Shown one piece after another: positions 36,508-41,752 of a stretch of 41,752 nucleotides of DNA. This stretch comes from Ignavibacteria bacterium (GTDB lineage Bacteria > Elusimicrobiota > Endomicrobiia > PHAN01), in NCBI GenBank assembly GCA_041694835.1, contig JBGFRZ010000056.1, positions 1 through 41,752 on the forward strand, given 5' to 3'. Numbering within the stretch: position 1 is the first letter of the stretch; each line of letters begins with the position of its first letter. Below the pieces are notes generated by a model. The model saw only the letters and a program-made list of their open reading frames with translations, searched no databases and was not told the DNA's origin. Made by a program: the position numbers and the translations under genes.

Positions 36508-37593
36508 TCACACTTTGCTCGGCGATGATGCCATCCGCCTTTCCAAGACATGAACGCTTGTAGCTTTGAAAGTAAGATATATTTCATCGCCGACTTTTAA
36601 GGCCATGGAAACCACAGAACGTTTCGTTACGACGGAGGTTATGAATACTCCCGAACAATCCGCCACAATTGAACAAATCGGCCAGGCGGGTTCGATGTGC
36701 TTTATCACACCTTTGAAGCAGTTGCGGGTGGATGATTCTATCGGGGTTTTTGAGAGAATTATATCTTCCGGTCTTATTATGCCGGCGGCGGCGCCAACAA
36801 AACCCGAGACGACATTTATTCTTAAACCTTCCGACACAAGATAACTTTCCCCGCCTTCCAGGAGCACCTCGCCATAAATCACATTCTCGGAGAGAGAAAA
36901 CTCGGCGACATCTACAGATACGGGACGCAGAAAAATTTCATCCGGGGCTCCCTGCTGTATAATACTGCCTTCTTTTAAGAAAAATATTTTTTTAGAAAAA
37001 CCTCGGGCTTGGGTTAGATTGTGAGTTGAGAGTACAAGTGTCTTTTCGGAAGTTGCAAGAGTTTTTATGAGATTTTCGAGTTCTTTGGAACTCAATGGGT
37101 CAAGATTAGCGGTCGGCTCGTCTAGAAATAAAAGAGTTGTGTCAAAAAGAAGAACCCTCGCGACTTGAAGTTTTTGTTTTTCTCCGCCGGAAAGGAAGCG
37201 GACGTCGGTATTTATTTTGTCTAAAAGTCCTGTCTTAAAAAGCGTCTGTTCGATTTTTTCTTTGTTGGGCGTCAGTCCCCTTATTTTAATTGCGTATGTT
37301 AAATTTTTAAGAACGCTGTCATTTAGAAACAACGGATTCTGGAATACGAATCCGATTTTTCTTCTGATTTCGGTTTTTTGTCCGGAAGTTAAACAGGATG
37401 CGGATTTGCCGTCGTATAAAACTTCCCCTTCTGTGGGCGAATCGAGAAGAGCAAGAATTTTAAGAAGGGTGGTTTTACCAGCGCCGTTTGGACCGATAAA
37501 CACATTTACGCCATGAACAAGAGCGACGCTTATGTCTTTCAAAATCTCGCGTTGGTCTATTTTTTTTACGACATTTCGCGTTTCTATTTTCAT
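36508..37593 (-). CDS. tupC: Tungstate/molybdate ABC transporter ATP-binding protein with a TOBE domain
   Basis: GPNGAGKTT, LSGGEKQ, LDEPTANLD, STH; C-terminal SSTRN..G.I...TOBE. Confidence 0.8.
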   Translation of the reverse strand: MKIETRNVVKKIDQREILKDISVALVHGVNVFIGPNGAGKTTLLKILALLDSPTEGEVLYDGKSASCLTSGQKTEIRRKIGFVFQNPLFLNDSVLKNLTYAIKIRGLTPNKEKIEQTLFKTGLLDKINTDVRFLSGGEKQKLQVARVLLFDTTLLFLDEPTANLDPLSSKELENLIKTLATSEKTLVLSTHNLTQARGFSKKIFFLKEGSIIQQGAPDEIFLRPVSVDVAEFSLSENVIYGEVLLEGGESYLVSEGLRINVVSGFVGAAAGIIRPEDIILSKTPIESSTRNCFKGVIKHIEPAWPICSIVADCSGVFITSVVTKRSVVSMALKVGDEIYLTFKATSVHVLERRMASSPSKV

Positions 37594-37605
37594 TCGCGGA
37601 CACAA

Positions 37606-37890
37606 TTAAAAATTCAAATTAAAAATGCGAAATTGTAGCGGGCGAATTGTATTCGCCGAACATTTTGCGGGATAGCAATCCCGCCGCTACATAATTTTTA
37701 ATTTTACATTTTTCATTTTTCATTGTTCGCCATTCACCGATTACCCATAACTGATTACCGATTACCATCCGTCACTATTTGCTCCTTCGGAGAAGTTAAA
37801 GGTAAAAAGTTAAAATTAAAATTACGACCAAACATTTTAACCTTTAACCTTTGACCTTTAACCTTTTAACTATTCACTATTCGCTATTTG
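37606..37890. repeat. Inverted REP doublet (37634-37691) nested in inverted 7-mer arrays, plus further 7-mer arrays
   Basis: TGTAGCGGGCGAAT..ATCCCGCCGCTACA; attttta/atttttc, accgatt and tttaacc repeats. Confidence 0.72.
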
Positions 37891-38577
37891 CTATTTACCT
37901 TGCAATGCTTGAAGACATACATTGATGCCGACGGCGACGAAAAGTAGAACCATGCCGAGCGCTATGCCGAGTTCAAAGTTGCCTTTCGTCGTCTCCAGCG
38001 CTATCGCCGTAGTCATAACGCGAGTCATTCCTCTTATATTGCCTCCGACCATCAGAGCCATTCCCGTCTCACCCACCACTCGGGAAAATCCCACAATCAG
38101 CGCCGACAAAAATGCAAACCTTCCCTGATAGAGCAAAGCAAAAACCATCTGCGAACGATTTGCACCCAATGAATAAGAAAGAGCTCTGGTGTCTTTTGAG
38201 ATATTTTTCAAAGCCGAATGTGTCAGAGCCGTTATTATTGGGGCGGCCAAAATGCTCTGGGCGATGAGCATAGCGTAAGGCGTGAACAACATTTCAAAAA
38301 TTCCCAATGGGCCTCGACGGCTCACGAGCAGATATACAAGAAGTCCTATTATTACGGGCGGAACGGCGAGAGCGGTGTTTATGACGCCTACAATAAACCG
38401 CTTGAATCTGAAATCTTTGAGCGAGAGGTAAATACCGACGGGGACGGCAAAAAAACTTGAAATGAGCGTGGCAGATCCGGATACGAGCAATGACAACAAC
38501 ACAATGCCCTGCAATTCACTGTCGAAAGAAACGAGCAAAGCCAGTCCTTGTTTTATCCCGTCAATTATATATCCCAT
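37891..38577 (-). CDS. tupB: Tungstate ABC transporter permease
   Basis: SL.VSG.AT, PPVIIGL.VYLL.SR.GPLG, GGNI.G.TRVMTTAI.LE. Confidence 0.88.
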   Translation of the reverse strand: MGYIIDGIKQGLALLVSFDSELQGIVLLSLLVSGSATLISSFFAVPVGIYLSLKDFRFKRFIVGVINTALAVPPVIIGLLVYLLVSRRGPLGIFEMLFTPYAMLIAQSILAAPIITALTHSALKNISKDTRALSYSLGANRSQMVFALLYQGRFAFLSALIVGFSRVVGETGMALMVGGNIRGMTRVMTTAIALETTKGNFELGIALGMVLLFVAVGINVCLQALQGK

Positions 38578-38619
38578 TATATTTGCCTGCTTAAAATTTG
38601 CAGCAACAACATTTATACC

Positions 38620-39022
38620 ACTGATGAACACGGAAAACCAATTGGACGCAGATTTACAGGATTGTCACAGATAATTCTTAAATCCTGTTTTTCTGCGTTC
38701 ATCTGCGTTCAATTATTTTTTAGGACGCAGATTTACAGGATTATCGCAGATTAAAAACTTTACCACGAAATCACGAAAATTAGAAATCACAAAATTCTTT
38801 ACAAGTATTTTCGTGTTTTCGCGCTTTCGTGATTCAAATCTTTTTTCTTCTGTGTCCATTTGTGATTTCAATCTTTTTAATCCCATCAGAACCTGATTTG
38901 AATTTGCGTTCTGTATCGGTTTCTATCTGACCTCTGTCCTCTCATCTCTGCCCTCTACTGCTCTTATGCTCTTGTGCTCTTGTGCTCTAATGTACTTGCG
39001 CCAACCAGGGTCGGCGACTACA
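38620..39022. repeat. Intergenic mosaic of 7-9 nt arrays ending in a GTAG REP
   Basis: cgcagat arrays, cacgaaa/tttcgtg inverted arrays, tgctctt arrays, ccaaccagggtcggcgactaca. Confidence 0.65.
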
Positions 39023-39023
39023 A

Positions 39024-39947
39024 TCACTTTCCCGTTATGACATCGGGGTGAAAAAGAGGGGCGCCAAATTTGTCCACACCGAATTCTCCGATGATTCTCT
39101 GCCCTTCATGGCACCTTATGAACTCTGCAAATTTCTGAGCCAAATCATACTGCACCCACGGAAATCTAACGGGCGAAACGACGATTACCGAGTAAGGATT
39201 GTGAAGGATGGAATCGCCTTCTGCAATTTTTGCAAGGGCGTCTATTTCTTTTTGAATGTATAGCCATGTGCCGCTGTCAACGAGACAATACGCTTTTTTT
39301 TCGTTAGCGATTCTTAAAGTGGTTTCCTGCCCGGAGCCGCTCTCTATATACCATTTGCCCCCGGGTTTTATTCCGGATTTTTCCCATATAGAGATTTCTT
39401 TCTTGTGGGTGCCTGAGTTGTCGCCGCGGGAGATGAAGGGTGAATTCGTCTCGGATATTTTTTTGAAAGCGACTGCCGCGTCGTCAAGTCCTTTTGCGTT
39501 TGCGGGGTCATTTTTGGGACCAACGAGCAAAAAGTTGTTGTGCATAACATCTAATCTTTCGACCCCAAAACCGTCCGCAACGAATCTTTCCTCCGCAACT
39601 CTATCGTGAACGAGCAACACATCAGCGTTGCCGTCTCTTGCAAGACGTATCGCATGGCCCGTGCCGACGGCAATTACCCTTACGCGGCAGTTATACTTTT
39701 GTTCAAACGTCGGGATGAGCACATCGAAAAGCCCCGTGTCCTGAGTAGATGTCGTCGAAGCAAGGGTAAGGAGGGGTTTTCGTCTTGCTTCAACAACACC
39801 GCCGGCAAATAAAAAAATCCCGATTAACATAATTAACCGGGAGAGACGCAAAAAAAATATAACACACCTCCTATTCGCTTCGCTCTCCCCCAGTTGAAAC
39901 TGAGGGCTTTTTCGGGCAGTAGATTCGTATTTTCCCTCTAATATCAT
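39024..39947 (-). CDS. tupA: Tungstate ABC transporter substrate-binding protein
   Basis: STTSTQDTGL, AVGTG.A, DVLLVH, FISRGDNSGTHKKE, L.NPY.VI. Confidence 0.88.
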   Translation of the reverse strand: MILEGKYESTARKSPQFQLGESEANRRCVIFFLRLSRLIMLIGIFLFAGGVVEARRKPLLTLASTTSTQDTGLFDVLIPTFEQKYNCRVRVIAVGTGHAIRLARDGNADVLLVHDRVAEERFVADGFGVERLDVMHNNFLLVGPKNDPANAKGLDDAAVAFKKISETNSPFISRGDNSGTHKKEISIWEKSGIKPGGKWYIESGSGQETTLRIANEKKAYCLVDSGTWLYIQKEIDALAKIAEGDSILHNPYSVIVVSPVRFPWVQYDLAQKFAEFIRCHEGQRIIGEFGVDKFGAPLFHPDVITGK

Positions 39948-39968
39948 CCCACTCTCCTGTTTTTATAT

Positions 39969-41567
39969 TCATATACCTGCAATCTGCCTTATCGCTTTTA
40001 TGGGTATCGCTGCCCACTCCGGCCGATTATTGAGTTCGTATCCAAGTTCGTATACCGCTTTTTCAAGGAGGAAAACTTTAAGCATGATTTCAAGTTCCTC
40101 TTTTTCCTTCGGAATGAACGCAGCACCCGAGGTTGTCTTAAGATAAGAGTCCAAAAATACACCACCTATATATTTCGCCCAGAAATCGGCCCAAGGCTCC
40201 AATGCTACACGATGCTCGGTTTTAAATGTCGAGCGATTCAGTAAAATGTTGTAAGCGGCGTAGTGAAAAGATCTTATCATGCCGGCGACATCCGTTAGCG
40301 GCGATCTTTTAAGCCTCCTTTCGTCGAGCGGGCGCGCGGGCTCCCCTTCAAAATCAATTATTACAAAGTCCTTGCCGGTATAGAGCACCTGCCCAAGATG
40401 GTAGTCTCCGTGTATTCTTATTTTCGCCGCTGTAATCTTTTTTTTTAGTATGTTCTTGAAGTTGTCATTTATTTTTTCCCCGCTTTTCAAAATTTTTTTG
40501 GCATCTTTTATCACCTCATGAGGAAGTGATTTTATGTTTTTTGATAGTGCTCGGAAGAGCCGTTTGGAAAGACCCGTCAGCGACTGATATATCAATCGCT
40601 GATAAAAAACAGAAAATGGTTCGGGCGTAAAAGAGGGTTCTTTGAAACTCCCCGACAGCGCAAGGTGCAGTTCGCCCGTTCTTTTTCCAAGCAGCTTCAC
40701 CATCTCTATGTAGACGCCGTCGAGAATATCAGCGATTGGAGGCGACAATCTGTATTTTCCGACATCAAAAATCGAATGCGGGAGATCCGTCGGAAACGGG
40801 ATTTCGCTTGTTTTTGAAAGCACTCTTTTGTAACATCTTGCGATAACATCGAGTGTATACTTCCACGCATCGCCCTGATTTTTGACCGAACCCTGCAGTA
40901 TGCCGATGACGATATTTTCATGACCTTCCCGCGAATATTCTAACGCCCCCGCAAAAGGTGGGACGTTTTCGAAATCCGCCGCTTCCGTCAGAAACCTGCC
41001 CATTTCAAGATCCGGATTCATCCCCTTTTCAAGTTTCCTGAATATCTTGAGAAAAAACTTGTCCCCGTAAAGTATCGATGTGTTACTCTGTTCCGCTTCA
41101 AGTATCCTTGAGTTCTCAAGCGTAAATTTTTTCGCTCTCATTTTTTTCAGAAGTTCACCGGGATAGCATGACAGCTTTCCGTATATCCCTCTTGCCGAGC
41201 TCCGACTGACAATCATTGAAAAAATTTCTCTTTGAAGCTTCGCATTGAAAATCCCATCATACACTATTCCTTTGACTCCGTCGACGTTAAGGCGGGAGAG
41301 CACCGCACCGGGATTTTCGCTCAAAATCTTTTTTGCCGACGCCCCCGACGCAAACGACACGGGAAGAAGATATGTCTCCGATGAGTCATCCGTGTATCTA
41401 ACCCCCAGAAACAATAGCCGGGCGGCGGATTTTCCTTCGCCGAGTGGGATATCCTCCATTATTCTTACTTCCCGGATTTTTCTCGATTTTGATGCGAACC
41501 ATCTTCTCTCTTTAATGTAAGAAGGGAAAACTTTATTTTCGAGTTTTTCCCTAAATCTCCAGAGCAA
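39969..41567 (-). CDS. Maltokinase (TreS-fused type C-terminal part), apparently 5'-truncated
   Basis: RRWFASK, EQSNTS, NPDLE, RTGELHLAL, RIHGDYHLGQVL, IDFEGEP, DVAGMIRSF.YA, KAVYEL.YELNNRP. Confidence 0.82.
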   Translation of the reverse strand: MLWRFREKLENKVFPSYIKERRWFASKSRKIREVRIMEDIPLGEGKSAARLLFLGVRYTDDSSETYLLPVSFASGASAKKILSENPGAVLSRLNVDGVKGIVYDGIFNAKLQREIFSMIVSRSSARGIYGKLSCYPGELLKKMRAKKFTLENSRILEAEQSNTSILYGDKFFLKIFRKLEKGMNPDLEMGRFLTEAADFENVPPFAGALEYSREGHENIVIGILQGSVKNQGDAWKYTLDVIARCYKRVLSKTSEIPFPTDLPHSIFDVGKYRLSPPIADILDGVYIEMVKLLGKRTGELHLALSGSFKEPSFTPEPFSVFYQRLIYQSLTGLSKRLFRALSKNIKSLPHEVIKDAKKILKSGEKINDNFKNILKKKITAAKIRIHGDYHLGQVLYTGKDFVIIDFEGEPARPLDERRLKRSPLTDVAGMIRSFHYAAYNILLNRSTFKTEHRVALEPWADFWAKYIGGVFLDSYLKTTSGAAFIPKEKEELEIMLKVFLLEKAVYELGYELNNRPEWAAIPIKAIRQIAGI

Positions 41568-41624
41568 AACTTCCTCCCATTCTCCAGGTTATTAAAAAAT
41601 TAGAGTTTTTGAATGGCTTAATTA

Positions 41625-41752
41625 TGAGCTCGTTGAAAAACCTTGATTTTTTGAACGATTTGGCAGTTTTAGGTTAAAAGTTGAAATCGTTTAGACCGCA
41701 ATGTCTGACGGGCAAAACAAGGAGTTTTGCGGTCTGATTGAAACTTTTAACC
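41625..41752. mobile_element. Second copy of the 16021 MITE, cut by the window end
   Basis: Aligns to 16021-16148 with about 6 substitutions (counted by eye). Confidence 0.85.

Noticed and set aside
39948-39968. Moco/Tuco riboswitch upstream of tupA
   Set aside because: Only about 20 bp separate tupA from the maltokinase gene, leaving no room.

Overview
Bacterial chromosomal window in which almost all genes lie on the minus strand. The PorV-family genes and FlgD/CTD-tailed secreted proteins suggest a diderm anaerobe such as Elusimicrobiota (inference only). Contents: (i) nucleobase-catabolism-type enzymes (8-oxoguanine-deaminase-like amidohydrolase, SsnA, a fused PreT-PreA dihydropyrimidine-dehydrogenase-like protein) interleaved with gdh, larB, murD and a ThrC-like gene; (ii) three toxin-antitoxin modules, one of them bracketed by a duplicated 3' end of the preTA gene; (iii) exbB, an initiator-type tRNA-Met, and a ~13 kb T9SS-like locus (FecR protein, two CTD-bearing cargo proteins each followed by its own PorV-family gene, and a beta-barrel) with three perfect TGTGA-N6-TCACA boxes; (iv) coaE, polA, an FTR catalytic subunit, a TlpA, nadE, tupABC and a 5'-truncated maltokinase. 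The most striking signal is a set of small palindromic (REP/MITE-like) elements and 7-9 nt tandem repeats. They fill intergenic spaces and have also inserted in frame into MurD, PolA (next to motif B), PreTA, SsnA, TupA, a lipoprotein and several signal peptides, adding new peptide segments.
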